64,000 nucleotides of DNA from Antedon mediterranea. Its lineage: Eukaryota > Animalia > Echinodermata. The position numbers and the translations under genes were made by a program. The stretch covers positions 1,054,001-1,118,000 of the forward strand of contig NC_092672.1 in the NCBI RefSeq assembly GCF_964355755.1, read 5' to 3'. This document shows, one piece after another, positions 39,201 through 57,000 of the stretch (position 1 is its first letter; the number at the start of each line of letters is the position of its first letter). The notes beneath the pieces are model-generated. The model searched no databases, was not told where the DNA came from, and saw nothing but the letters and a program-made list of their open reading frames with translations.

Positions 39201-41918
39201 AAGAATACAAGAAACACAGTGGTTTACTGTATTCTCATTTAAGAATAAGATTATAGTTATTGAAGTTATTGCTAAGATTAACTACAGGAATGATACCTTC
39301 TATTTACCACTGAAATGTTTTAATAGAATACTAGATTATACCGTAAGTTGAAAACTTTGCATTTTTATAATTTCATTATACTTGTAATTACGATACAGTA
39401 TCACTATCATTATTTCAAAGTTTATTGCCCTATTTATATTGAGTACATAAGCAATTTAAGATTGAGCAAACATGGCTGCAATATTTGAACAGAGCGTCAG
39501 TTTGCACAATGAATTGAGCAGAGCAATAATGATCAGTTTAATGAGAAAAGGCAATATTATCATTACACTCAATATCAATATTTAAAGCATTGTTTGAGAT
39601 TTTACCATTTTGAACTTTACTATTGCCGACAGAATACCTTAGTTGCAGACTGTACTGTATCTAGACTCTAGACCCGACAAAATACCTTAGTTGCAGACTG
39701 TACTGTATCTAGACTCTAGACTTTAGCTAAGCCTACATTATTATATTGCCGACAGAATACCTTAGTTGCAGACTGTACTGTATCTAGACTCTAGACTTTA
39801 GCTAAGCCTACATTATTATATTGCCGACAGAATACCTTAGTTGCAGACTGTACTGTATCTAGACTCTAGACTTTAGCTAAGCCTACATTATTATATTGCC
39901 GACAGAATACCTTAGTTGCAGACTGTACTGTATCTAGACTCTAGACTTTAGCTAAGCCTACATTATTATATTGCCGACAGAATACCTTAGTTGCAGACTG
40001 TACTGTATCTAGACTTTAGCTAAGCCTACATCATTATATTGCTGATATTTACTGACTGTATAATTATTTTAATGCCATTTGATTGGTTAATTCTGTAATA
40101 ACCACACAGTAATAATATATTTCCAATTATACAGTCATTAACTTGAGTAGAATTTTTACAGAGGGCGTACAGTATGATGTCTGAATATAGGTGGTAACAA
40201 TGATGGGTCATGAGAGAAGGATTTATAAGCAACCTAACCCTAACCCTAACCCAAGATGTATTGATGATTGTCCTCCAGCCAAAAACATGATATAAACTAT
40301 TGGTTTTCAGTTGCCAAACAATTTTTTTTTTTATATCGTGATAGACTCCCTCTATGTTTAATTTTACACCTGGCCTGGGTGCGAAAACTTGTTCTTGTTG
40401 TAGATACAGAGGGCACATACAGTATGATGTCTGAATATACCTGTAGGTGATAACAATGACGTGGGTGGGATAAATGAGATAAGGATTAATCAGCGGTAAC
40501 ATCAAACAATAATCCAATCTATGCTAAAGTATTGCTGCTAATATAAAATCAAATACAGTACTGACTAGTTTTAATCGGCAAGTGATCTAGATCCCTTGAC
40601 TTCATCATTTTACGATTAGCAAGCATAATCTCCAGATCACTTTTAAGATTTCTAAATTCAACTAATTGACTAATTTGCGGGGATTGTTGCATAACCTGGT
40701 TCATATCAATAAATCATACTATTTCATTAATTTAAAAATAGAAAACCTTCTAATAAAAGTCTTACTCAGAAAATGTATTATTTAAAAAAATAATTAATGA
40801 AATTGATTATTTAAAATAATCTTACATGACAAAATGACGTAATGTACAATACTTGAACCATAGATCTCTATGCTTGTAACAACAGTGTACATCCATGATA
40901 AAAGTTGTATTTGAAATAGAGGGCGACATTGCATAACAATAATTTCCAATTTAACAACAGTGTTTCCTTTCCCTTTTTAGTTTTTTAAACTTCCAGCAAA
41001 AATATGGAGATTCTCTGATCAGACTTTGACAAATAATTGTGAAGTATAAATTTAAAGAAAAAAAACAACAAGTTTAAAGATGTATATTGTCCCCCAGCCA
41101 AAAACATGAATAATAAAGGTTGATAAAAAAGACTTGAATTAAGCCATTTTTAATTTGCAGCAAGTCAATTTCTCTTCTGTAGAAAAAATAAAGTTTACTT
41201 ACTGTACTTCAATACTGTAAATGACAAAATAAACGGTTAAATTCAACCAAAAACGGTAAACCCATCCATCATTGACTTCCAGTCAATTTCATTTTTTTCT
41301 TTAAATTATCATACCGTAAATAATAATAACATAGGCTAATAATAATATATTAATAATATTATGATGTGACATATATGGCATATTTTCAAATTATTTTTTC
41401 AGGGGGACAATTATTTTTAAATCAAACTAAAAAAACAACAAAAATGTATCATCGACATTAAACTTGTTATTTTTTGCACACATAATTTGAAAAATAATTT
41501 CTATTTTATTTATGAATTATTTTAATTTCTCATAAACCTCCCTTTCTTTCCACATATAAGTAAGCTTAGTAGGCCTATTGCTAAAACAATGCATGATAAA
41601 ATATTTGTTTTCATCGTGGTATACGCCCTCTATGTTTAAAGCCTGGGACGCGAATACTCGCTCGGGGGGCCTAGACTTATTCTTGCCTAGCTGGCTAGCC
41701 TTCTTTTTGTGCCTAATCTAGGCCTAACTTTCAGGTATTCTTTATGTAGTACTTACAGGTACAATAAGTCCTTCAACATTCTTTATCTCAAGTGTGTATG
41801 GTTTAGAAAGGTTATCTTCCACTTCATCACTTCTTTCTCCAGCATAAGGCAATATATTTGACTCGAAAAATACATCTTTCCAATCTTTTCGCTTGGCAAC
41901 AGACGCCAACGCCGCCAT
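12251..41918 (-). CDS. NPHP4: Nephrocystin-4 (ciliary transition-zone protein), ~30 exons
   Basis: Exons 41918-41757, 30466-30320, 29488-29353, 28932-28828, 28455-28300, 27602-27463, 27196-27009, 26504-26366, 26110-25892, 25049-24981, 24040-23886, 23050-22846, 22341-22244, 20463-20275, 19048-18953, 18836-18722, 18456-18313, 17923-17822, 17598-17391, 16330-16113, 15718-15660, 15232-15065, 14873-14675, 14438-14189, 13946-13864, 13752-13667, 13580-13300, 13011-12893, 12719-12619, 12391-12251. Diagnostic motifs: '[17 protein letters not shown]', 'HGTPRALL', '[14 protein letters not shown]', '[12 protein letters not shown]', '[13 protein letters not shown]', '[10 protein letters not shown]', '[17 protein letters not shown]'. 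Exons in the low-complexity middle region are less certain. Confidence 0.93.
13012..13299 (-). other. U12-type (minor spliceosome) GT-AG intron in NPHP4
   Basis: 5' site GTATCCTTTT; branch site ACCTTAAC 12 nt before the 3' end; no polypyrimidine tract. Confidence 0.85.
17246..17375. mobile_element. MITE family B (second copy at ~24445-24617)
   Basis: GCTTGGTTCTCCCTAG ... CTAGTGGAAAGCACCAAGC imperfect TIRs; internal ACACAAGGATGYAACGCAA...TTGACCAATCACAAGC is shared with the 24.5-kb copy. Confidence 0.7.
18147..18306 (+). mobile_element. tRNA-derived SINE remnant
   Basis: A-box-like TAGCTTGGTGG, B-box-like GGTTCAATCC and an A-rich tail at 18288-18306. Similar B-box heads on the minus strand at ~51360-51430 and ~28725-28790. 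Confidence 0.55.
19467..19722. repeat. Diverged ~120-135-bp tandem duplication
   Basis: AATAACATGATTGTTTGTTAAAA...GGCAAACTGCCTTAAAATG...CTCTTCTCATCATCAAAACAGAAAA...GCCTAG occurs twice. Confidence 0.8.
19794..20243. repeat. 43-bp minisatellite, ~10 copies
   Basis: Unit AAACATTTACTATTGTTTTATAAATCATACTGTCAAGTTATAG; ends ~30 nt from an NPHP4 donor. Confidence 0.93.
20763..22309 (-). repeat. 91-bp tandem array, 17 copies, of an NPHP4 exon 3' end plus splice donor
   Basis: Period 91 (20763, 20854, 20945...). The unit is 66 nt of exon ([21 protein letters not shown]) plus 25 nt of intron beginning GTAAGC. The copy at 22219-22309 is the functional exon end. Confidence 0.95.
25567..25849. repeat. 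39-bp minisatellite, ~7 copies
   Basis: Unit CAAGTGTATTACTTATCACCCTCTATTACAGAACATTAT; ~40 nt from an NPHP4 donor. Confidence 0.95.
27678..28136. repeat. 42-bp minisatellite, ~11 copies
   Basis: Unit TACTACTGTACTGTACTAATAGGCATGTACTGCCAGTACGAG, essentially invariant. Confidence 0.95.
29888..30346 (-). repeat. ~72-82-bp tandem repeat, ~6 copies, overlapping NPHP4 exon 2 3' end and donor
   Basis: Repeated ACACATTTAATAAAAGTACAACTACATTTGTCTTACCATATTATAATGTAGTTTTGGATTG. The last copy contains the real donor (30318-30319). Confidence 0.88.
32025..32612 (-). CDS. Candidate alternative first coding exon of NPHP4 (or a nested gene exon)
   Basis: A ~200-codon open frame in AT-rich intron 1 on the NPHP4 strand. 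Ser/Gln/Arg-rich, ending in '[22 protein letters not shown]'. A possible phase-0 donor G|GTGTGT at 32024 is compatible with the phase-0 acceptor of exon 30466. Confidence 0.55.
32620..32772. repeat. ~26-bp degenerate tandem repeat, 6 copies
   Basis: Repeated GGGCACCTTAGGATATAAATCCCCA directly abutting the 5' end of the 32010-32627 ORF. Confidence 0.85.
34330..34600 (-). promoter_or_regulatory. Candidate internal ciliary promoter/enhancer (X-box + forkhead + CCAAT)
   Basis: ATCACCATGGTAAC (34584-34597), GTAAACA (34404-34410), ATTGG (34340-34344) and CCAAT (34366-34370), ~1.8 kb upstream of the candidate alternative exon. Confidence 0.4.
34680..35788 (+). mobile_element. 5'-truncated, degenerate non-LTR retrotransposon (CR1/L2/Rex1-group RT)
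   Basis: Frameshifted RT motifs 'ADFSSAFNT', '[19 protein letters not shown]', 'KYADDT', 'YKYLG', 'RLFFLRKL'; 3' tail AATAAAG(TTGAATC)n. Confidence 0.9.
36362..36692. mobile_element. TTAA-flanked non-autonomous element (Kolobok-like); related copies at ~30768-31106 and ~41077-41416
   Basis: TTAA|AGAT(G/T)TATTGTCCCC ... GG(G/A)GACA(A/T)TACATCT|TTAA ends; internal AATGTCACATAATA.TTATCCACTTCGACCAAAAAT shared with the 30.8-kb copy. Confidence 0.72.
37082..38747. repeat. 35-bp minisatellite, ~47 copies, unit contains an RFX X-box
   Basis: Unit TACTACTATGTAGCTATGGCAACAAATGTTGCAGC, period 35 (37088 to 37123). GTAGCTATGGCAAC fits the X-box consensus GTHNYYATRRNAAC. Confidence 0.95.
39621..40030. 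repeat. 75-bp minisatellite, ~5 copies
   Basis: Unit TATTGCCGACAGAATACCTTAGTTGCAGACTGTACTGTATCTAGACTCTAGACTTTAGCTAAGCCTACATTATTA; period 75 (39744 to 39819). Confidence 0.92.
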
Positions 41919-42074
41919 TTTAACGAGGATTGAAAGAAGAAAGTTCAGAGTTCATACGTCACATGTCATGGTGTCTTGCAGGAATTCTCATTATGCTGAG
42001 AAAATAGAAGAAGTTGACAGCTACGCCTAGATCTCAGTAGATTCTTTAAAAAAATCGTAGGAAAATTACAATTT
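41919..42074. promoter_or_regulatory. Bidirectional promoter NPHP4/PIGP
   Basis: Only 156 bp separate the two divergent start codons. Confidence 0.75.
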
Positions 42075-43597
42075 ATGAGTAACAAGAACAGCCCAGGCCC
42101 TTCACATGAACGGGCAATTTACGGTTTTGTCATGTACATGTCTTCAACCTTTGCTCTTTGTAAGTTACTAGACTAGATAAATCGGCCAAGTTCAAAAGGC
42201 GAGATACTAAACTTACTTATTATTTAAATACAGTACTAAACTACGGAGCCCGTAAAGTGACATCATAAAAGTAGGAATGAGGAGGAAAAACTACTATGGG
42301 ATTATAGTAATTGTTCCCTCAAAATAATTGTTCGACTTTGATTTGAGGAAACAAAATATCATTTAAGGGAATTACTATTTCGATGGTAAGAAATGATTAA
42401 TTGTGATTATATATATGAAGAAAAGAGTAAACGAAATATTATTTCAAGGGACGAAATAATATTTTTCGAGCTTCATTATACACGGAGCATAAAATAGTAA
42501 ATGTTTTTCAATTATGACGGGTAGCCTACTCATATTTAATTTATTCCTATGAGTTATTATTATTCTAGGTCTGTACTTGATATGGGCTTATCTTCCCAAG
42601 AGTTGGTTACACTATGTTGGACTAACATACTGGCCACAAAAGTAAGTTGACATTTGTAAAATCAACACAGTATTTTTCTTTTAACATTGGTCATTGATAG
42701 GTCATAATTGCCAGACATTAAACAGCCTTTTCATTACCAAATCCCTTTACAAGGATTAAAATAAAAATAATAGTACTTTCTTTCTTTCTTTCTTTTATTC
42801 AATTTTTCACATTTCCAAAATAATACAAGTTATGTGAAACAATGATAACAGGTATCATAGTAATAAACAATAAGGTAATCAAGCTAATTAAAAAAATATA
42901 TATAGAGATACTTGTACTTTAAAAAAACAAAGAAGTGTGAAAGGAGGTCAAATAAGTATGATACTTTAAGCTTTACCCCTAACAAGACTTAACAAATAAA
43001 AATAATTGTGCACAACCATGCCTTTTGCAATTCCAAATCTCTTACTTTACAAACATTGTTCTTTTTCTTATGTTGTAGATACTGGGCGTTAGCAGTACCT
43101 GTATACTGTTCAGTTTGTGTTCCTTTTCTTTATTTCTTCTACACAGCGTATAATTTCACCATCACTTTACCGCTTGACTCTATCAACACTATGCAAGGCA
43201 AGTGTACAACAAAGATTGTTAAGTAATGCTTACCTTAAGAGAAATAAGGAGGTAAAAAGTATTACTAGTTTTGGCTACCGCCTCTCATACCTATAGTTTT
43301 TATGCTAATGAATAGTCATATGTAGAGGCAAAGTGTATTACTTGTTTCGGCTACCTTCTCTCATCATAGTTAAATATATGTGTGAATCGTATGTTTGTTT
43401 AAAAATATTGAGTGTTGAACTTAATATTTCCATAATGTACTAAAGTTAATGTTTTTGCAGATATCCATTCTAGAGCGGCATCGCACGTTGCAGAACCGTC
43501 CCTTTCAATACCGCAGATTTCAGACATTCCAATAAGTGAGGTCAACAAACTTTTATACAGACGGCCAAAACAAATAACAGAAAGCGACGTAAAATAG
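42075..43597 (+). CDS. PIGP: Phosphatidylinositol N-acetylglucosaminyltransferase subunit P
   Basis: Exons 42075-42159, 42569-42641, 43079-43197, 43461-43597: '[17 protein letters not shown]', 'LYLIWAYLP...[17 protein letters not shown]', '[10 protein letters not shown]', '[10 protein letters not shown]'. The third intron starts with GC (G|GCAAGT). Confidence 0.92.
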
Positions 43598-45886
43598 AAG
43601 AACAAACAAGAATGTGTATAAAAATTGAAATATAAGGATTGAAATTCAATTGAAGGGACGTCCAAACCAGCTTTTTCAATAAAAAGTTTATATTATTTTT
43701 AATTTATGTTGAAAACCAGTGCACTACAGGACTGCGATTTTGGGACCAGTAAACAAAAAATGAATATCTTTGCTTGTCCGATACAATTTATCAAAGCATG
43801 ATAAATAAAGATGTATTTATTAGTTTGGCTTAATATTCCTAAAAAACAACATTTTGGCATACATGGCATGTCATATTTTAGCTGGAATCATCTCCATTAT
43901 TTATAAAGAAACACAATAGACTTGTGGAAATATAATGGTAGCTATATGCCCAAATATGGTAGTGATGTGCCATCATCATGTCAATTTATGGGCACATCAT
44001 ATTTTTTCGTCACATAGTTTGATAGTGCAGACAAGGCTTACAAAATTACATGTTTCTAAGGGCACTTTAAAATGTTATCAACCTAGTTTTTTTATCTTGT
44101 AAAAAGTGTAGTAATATATTTATACTGCATTCTGTAAATAAAATATGACATCAGGTATCTATTCTTCGTATATTCTATATTTACTTTATTCATATTTGTT
44201 TCAGATTACCATCACATGCAAAACAAACATTCTGAAAAGTTACTAAAAATACAGTGTACTAGTATTCTGAAATATTTAAGTAAAATAGTGTGGCTTTTGA
44301 ATACGGACACAAGGGCCATAGCCATTATAAAATGTTATTTTACGGTATGAACCGATACCAACACGGTAGATTGAGGGTATCCACAGACACCAATATGGTT
44401 AATACTAATCCATATTATTATTGACATGTCATTTTTCAGACAATACATGGATGCATAATTTGTATAATGTTATACATTTGGTCTCCACAAACATAGTTCT
44501 GACAATAAACATTGTTTTCATGATATATAAATCATACAAGGGGTTAATAATACGGTACTAATAAACTACAGTGTATCATATAAGATATTATACTATTAAT
44601 GTGCAAAACAGAACAACAGGACAACATATGAATATAAAATAATTTTACGATATTTTTCTACACAAATTTCTGTCAAATTCAGTAAGAAATTTTAAGATGT
44701 TTTTGTTTTTAACAATAATATACAAGCTAATTGAGTTAAAGTATTGATTTTCTGTAAATAATACATTTATTTATTTACTATATTAGGTATAGTTATGGTT
44801 ACTGATTACTCTACTAATAAAGCAATAGATGGCATGTTTTAAGCTCTGTCTACACTATCAAACTAGTTTGACAAAAAAATGTGATGTGAGTGCCCAAATA
44901 TGGTAGTGGTATGGCCAAATTGATGACATAATTTCCATATATGGGCACATCACATGTTTTGTCTCATACAATTTGATAGTGTGGGCAGAGCTTAAAATCA
45001 AACAATGGAGGAGGATACACTCATAGTGTAGTTTGAAAAAATTGTATTTTAGACAAATTACAGTACCTATAACAATGACGTATTCACACTTGAAAACTCA
45101 TTATCAACATGGCATTTAGTGGAGAATTTCCTTGAACAAACAGAAACCCCAGACAATCACCCTTGGCCTAGCAAATCAAAAATAATTATAAGTTTCAATT
45201 TGTTTTAATCTACAATGTATAGATAGTACCTGTAGGATTTTTAATTTGGTAATATTTAATACAAAGATGATTTCAAATCTCAATTAGACAACAACATGTT
45301 ATTATATAATATAGACAGAAACATATGTTTCTGTAATATAAGACTTACACATGTTGAACCAATACAATGCTGCTAAAGCCACTAACAGTATAATGGGATT
45401 TACATATGTGCTTTAAAGCACTTTAATCTTACAATATTAATAACGTTCCTAAAAAAAGTAGTTCCACATTAATCGAAGTTGGAATCAAGATAAATTTTTA
45501 GTTGAATTTTTTTAAATTGTGACATTTTTTTTTTAATCGAAAATCCTTTTTTCCTTTCATATTCACTACATAATTTTGTTACTGTTTTTTATTTTTTGGC
45601 AAATTTGTACTTTACAAATTTAATTCAGCACAGAATGGAATGCATCAGGATATGAAAGTCAAGAATGTGAACACATTAGCATGTGTGCAATCTAGTGTGT
45701 AATATGTACACCCGTGTGTGTGAAATATGCACACATTCACAAAGCAATTACACACACATGCAGTAGGTATGCATGTGTAATTTATATACCATTATATGCA
45801 CATTCACATAAATGCAATAGTGTACTAAATCATGATCAATACATGTCCTTTTATCGTTTTAACCTATGACCTGGTCTCGTTTTAAC

Positions 45887-51727
<5,841 letters not shown>

Positions 51728-54063
51728 TTATTTAGGTGTTTTCAACAGATCATTACCTGTAGATTAGATTAGGTGAATAAAAGACAACAAATAATACACA
51801 TAAAATACAACATTCTCCATAAAAATAATTTATCAACATTATCTAGGCCTAGCTAGTTTATACTGTAGTAGTAGAAACATCATTGTTGGGTTGAGATCAG
51901 ACAGAATTAATTTATTTTTATTCATTTCATCTTTTATTTCTGAAAATATAATACAGAGTACAAATTAGTGTCTACATTACAGTATATTAAAAATATAAAG
52001 GAAAAAATATATACTAAATAAATATATAAATAAACTGATGCTTCATAATCATGTGGTTAATACAATAGATTCATCTAACCATCCATGTAGAGGCCTAGGC
52101 CTAGAGATAAGATTGGAAAGGAAGAGCAAAATCGTAATGCATTTCGTAACAATATTGCCTGTCCTCTAAAAATTATTATTTATTTTTAGAGTACATACAA
52201 TCACAAGTGCCAGGGAATAATTTCGCCAGTGTAGCATAGCAAAAAGCTATACAAAACAACCTTATTGCTACAAATTTCTAAAATTGTGTAGCTAGCAAAA
52301 AAAGACAATACAAAACTATGTTTCTCGAATAAAAAATCAGTTTGATTAGCAATAATTGCTAAACAAAATTTTAAAATGAAATTTTTCCCTGAGTGCCAGC
52401 TGGAGTAGGCCTAGCTAGAGTATTTACTATAAAGTAATTATTATGTTGACGAAAGAGGTAGACGGTTTAAAGTCATAAAAGCCACCGCCCATTTAAACCA
52501 CAGAGGGCAGGCAACACCCACCTGCCGTCGTCTGTGTGTGCTAGAAAAAATCGCAAGGCCTTGGTTGGTTGGGCCTAGCTCGATAGGCTTACCGGTGAAC
52601 CACAATATTCATGAATAAAATTTATATAGCCTGTCATTTTCTAACGCTAAAGCTAACCAGGTATTCAAATAAGAACATACAAGTGATTTATTAACATATT
52701 CATTTTATTCAATCATATAATTACTCACAGAATTACTCTACTTTTCACCACACATCACACAATCTTTCGCGGCGGCCTTTCAGCTTCCGTTCCGTGTTCG
52801 ATCAAAGAATATATATCACAAGAATGAGTATTCCGCGATTTTTGCATGAGAAATTTGTAACAGAGAGCTCCAGTGAGTGATGCCCGCCCTCATAAGGGCG
52901 GATGTATAAATACTAAATAAGACTTGATTTAATAGACATGATACATGTCACATTAAATAGAATTATGATGATAGTTTTTGCAATTGTAAACTATTTTATA
53001 ATACATATTTATTAACAAACTAGTGTTTATTCACTTTTACAGACAATTATTTACTAACATGCTAAGTTAGTTCACAAAAAAGGCCTAACACAGCAACACC
53101 AAAAATCAACGAATATTACTCAGCACGGCCTATTCTTTACCATTGCCGTGTACTACTGTACGCCCGGTAAATTAAGTATTGTTTTTATGATATAAATTAG
53201 TATAAAACACATGTTATTAATAGGAGAAAATGTTAAATGTCATTAACATTTATTTGTTTTACCAGAAACAAGTTAAATATAGGAATATTATTAAACTATC
53301 CTTCGTGAAAACGCGTAAACACCAACACGCCCGGTCACGCTATCGTAGTGCCCGGTTGATAAATCAAACTGTTTATACGGCAGTTTTTACTAAATAAATT
53401 GCATAAAACGAACAATTAAATATTCAAATAGTATTTAACATGATGTTGGCATGTAGTTGATAACATTTTTATCATCGGAAAATACTCCGGTGGTCCAGCA
53501 TTTGATTAGTGAAACCTTCACAAAAAGTTGTATACATCCCAGATACATCCACACTTATGGCGGCGCCCTACCACATGGACAATATTACTGTTACAGGGAA
53601 AATCGCGGATTACTCATTCTTGTGATATATATTCTTTGGTTCGATTTAGGATCATTCTGGCCCCGCTTGACAAAAACTATGAAAAGAGCTCCGTAAACAA
53701 TCCAACCATTTTGTTATTAAAATGATGTTATTAATGTATTAATAGTCATATTTGCAATATTTATGTCTTATTTTATTTGTTTTCCTGTTTATGTAACTGT
53801 CCTAAAATAATGTATTGCTCAAAATGTAATATTAATCATTTTAGTTTATATGAGGGTGGCAAGCTGGAGCCTCCGTAGAACAGTAAAGTTCAAAGGTTAG
53901 AATAGCTGTAATGTTTTTGTTGTTTTGTGGTTTGTCTAGTAGTGTAGTGTTGTTGTGTGTACTTTATGTTATGAAATTATGTTATAAACTGTAATATTAC
54001 TAATGTTAAAAGACTGTTGAATATGTATATATTTATTTTTGATATATTGATGTTCATAACGTA

Positions 54064-57000
54064 ATGAAAAAGGCGTGTAAAATCCGGACGTTGTCCGGTT
54101 CCACAAAGAAAGGGATTGTTGTGAAGGACCTCAGAGATTTAGTGAAGAGGGGCTGTCAAATTTTACAGGTAGGCGGGCCTGGCCGACTCTCTGAAGTTTT
54201 AGTTTTTAAATGTATGATCAAACTTGAGTGTTTAGTGAGAGAAAAGGGGTACCCTAGGTGGAATCATCATCATCCCCCATTTCATTTGCATCCTCCCTCC
54301 ACCTCCTCCCCCTGTTCGTTGTTGGTGCAAAGTTCTTAGGTCATGATCCTGTCACACCAAAACCAGTCCGGGCCAAAATCGGTCCGGGGGACCATTTATG
54401 GCTGCCAAAACCTGTCCGGCCGGACCAATTTTGGCCGCCAAAACTGGTCCGGCCTGGATAAAATCGGTCCGGGCAGTAGGACTGTTTTTGGCCGCCAAAT
54501 ATGGTCCGGTCTTACAAATATATGGTGTGCAAAATGAGTCATAATGTATATATTATCATTAAAAAAAGGCCATGATTAGTCATATTGAAAACTATGGGGT
54601 TTTATTTGTTATTTTAATATTATAAATTAAGCCTGTTTTTTTATTATCATTATTAGTAGTAACTCATCAATAATTAGTACTAATTGTTAGGCTTTTCGTA
54701 TACAATATGTATCTCTGCCTGTTTGTAATCCATTTTGTTCTTTTTTAACATCTTCGTTTCCCCATGATGTTAAAAACAATTTAATTTATTAATTATTTAT
54801 GGTTAATCAATCAATATATCAATTCAATACTATTATTATAAAACAATTATCCAATATTGATTAGGCTGAGGAAGGAAAAAGGCCTCAATCATAAATAAAA
54901 TCTAGCTGGCAATATCAGCGTCTCATACCCGTTCATGTGAGTGTGTGGCAGGCCGAAATATGAGTGAACACCTAAGTCATGTTTTTAGATAAAATACGTT
55001 TATTTATAGTATTTATCCGACAAGATAACTTACTAATAATAAATATATATCATGGAATATTTTTCTAGCCATAAACAACTTAAAACAGCATCATAGGCCT
55101 AGTAATTCAATTAAAATCGACAGAAGAAAAGCCGGACCGATTTTGGCAGTGGCGGACTGCTTTTGGCCACAATTTTAGAGCCAAAACTGGTCCGGCCGGA
55201 CCGATTTTGGCCCCGGACCATATTTATCGTGACAATCCCCTCTCACATAACTTACATAAATAAAGACTTTTAATAATCTTTTCTTTTATTCTGTGTCTTC
55301 AAGTAGATATGTGATGCAGATTTCAAGGGAGTTTATGAAGAAGACCAGACAGAGGTGGTTGATAATGAATACTTTCAACAGTTGCCGTCAAACACAGTTT
55401 TCGTCTTCCTTGAAGAAGAAGAAGAATTTCCAGGGGGTAATTTGCTTTCTTGATTTACTTACTAGCCTAATATTCATCCATACTTAACAGTGAAATTGAG
55501 GTAAAAGACAATAAACATCATATTATAAAGGTCTATTAATTGCAACTATTTTAGTGTAGTATGTAAAAGTATTTCCATTTGTAGTAAATGGTGATACTAC
55601 AAAAAAGTCTAATAATGTACTATAATGGTTTTGCCCTTACATTTAACATACAATATAATACTATGTTAGTATTATTATTATTATTATTATTTTTATTGTT
55701 AGAATTTAAATCCATTTGGCCTCATATAAATAGGCCATGAAATACTGTATGTAATTTTGAATTTTTGAAAATTAAGTACTAAAATGGATTATTATCTCTT
55801 TGGCCATGAATGCTTTAAATTGCAAGAATTAAGTTGAAGTATGTACAGTAGATATTTTGGTATCTCTTCTTTAGCTATGTTTAAACGGTCTGTTCTGTAT
55901 TGGTGAATTCCTACTAATAACGACATATCACTACCATATTTGGGCATACATTACCATATTTGGGCATATCACACTTTTTTTGTCAAAATAGTTTGATAGT
56001 GTAAACAGAGCTTTACATTATGGTTTAGTATTTGTAACCTAGCAACTACAGTATAGCTATCCCTTTTTTGTGTTTTAGATTTTTCTTTGTTTCTCAAAAC
56101 TCTTGAGGGAGTGATGCAAGAAGATGAATCTGCGAAGGAAATAAGGTCATTTTTGAGAAGCACCGCTGATCTAGGCGACATGTACAACGTCATCGCATCT
56201 GTGTCGGCCTCTTGGAATACCAACAACGAGGAAACAAGAGAGAAAGATCCTGATTGGTTTCAAGGTGCTGTCTTTGACCTTTGACACTGACCTTAATAAC
56301 ATTTAGGGGGTGGAAGTTTGTTTTAATGATATTGTGTTATATTCTTTGAATTAAAATTCAGTTCACATACTGGTCTGTTAGATTTTAAAGAAAAACCAAA
56401 AAGTTATTATAAATAAATACAGTAGTATTTATTATATCTTTAGGTTTAGATAAACGTTTCAAAACCAAGTCTGCTGTCATGAGAGACAGAGCTAAAAACA
56501 GAATACGAGGTTACTTAGATACAGTGAGTTTTGCTTTTATTTAACAAAACAACCAGACACTTAAAATAGCAATTATTTTTTATCATTTTGTTGCAAAAAA
56601 ATGAATGTATTAACAAAATGAAATAACATATTATATGAAGTTGCTTAGTTAAAAAATCAATTGCACATTACCTGAAATAAAATAATGTTTGTTCATAATA
56701 CAAAATAAGAATTGATTTTATAAACAAATAATTTTGCTTGTTATAAATTATTGTTCGTTTTGTACTTTAACTTCTGTAACTCAATTACTTTGGCTTAAAA
56801 CCAAAGAAAACAATGTTTGCTTTTTGTGTACAAAGGCATACAAACCTTAACTAGAATGCTCAGCTAACTAGAATGCTCAGCTAACTAGTCTGCTAGTTTA
56901 TAAGAAAACACTACATTATAGATTTTCTTTTTGTTTTTTTTTAGGCCAAGACGTATTTCAAAAACCAGGACAAAACTACTGCTAAACTTGCCACAGAAAT

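Noticed and set aside
40231-40252. (CCCTAA)3 telomere-like run
   Set aside because: Too short to indicate a fusion or healing site; such runs are common inside invertebrate repeats.
40026-40517. 163-aa minus-strand ORF in NPHP4 intron 1
   Set aside because: It is made of repeat fragments (Kolobok-like end, local duplication, CCCTAA run) and has no protein-like composition.
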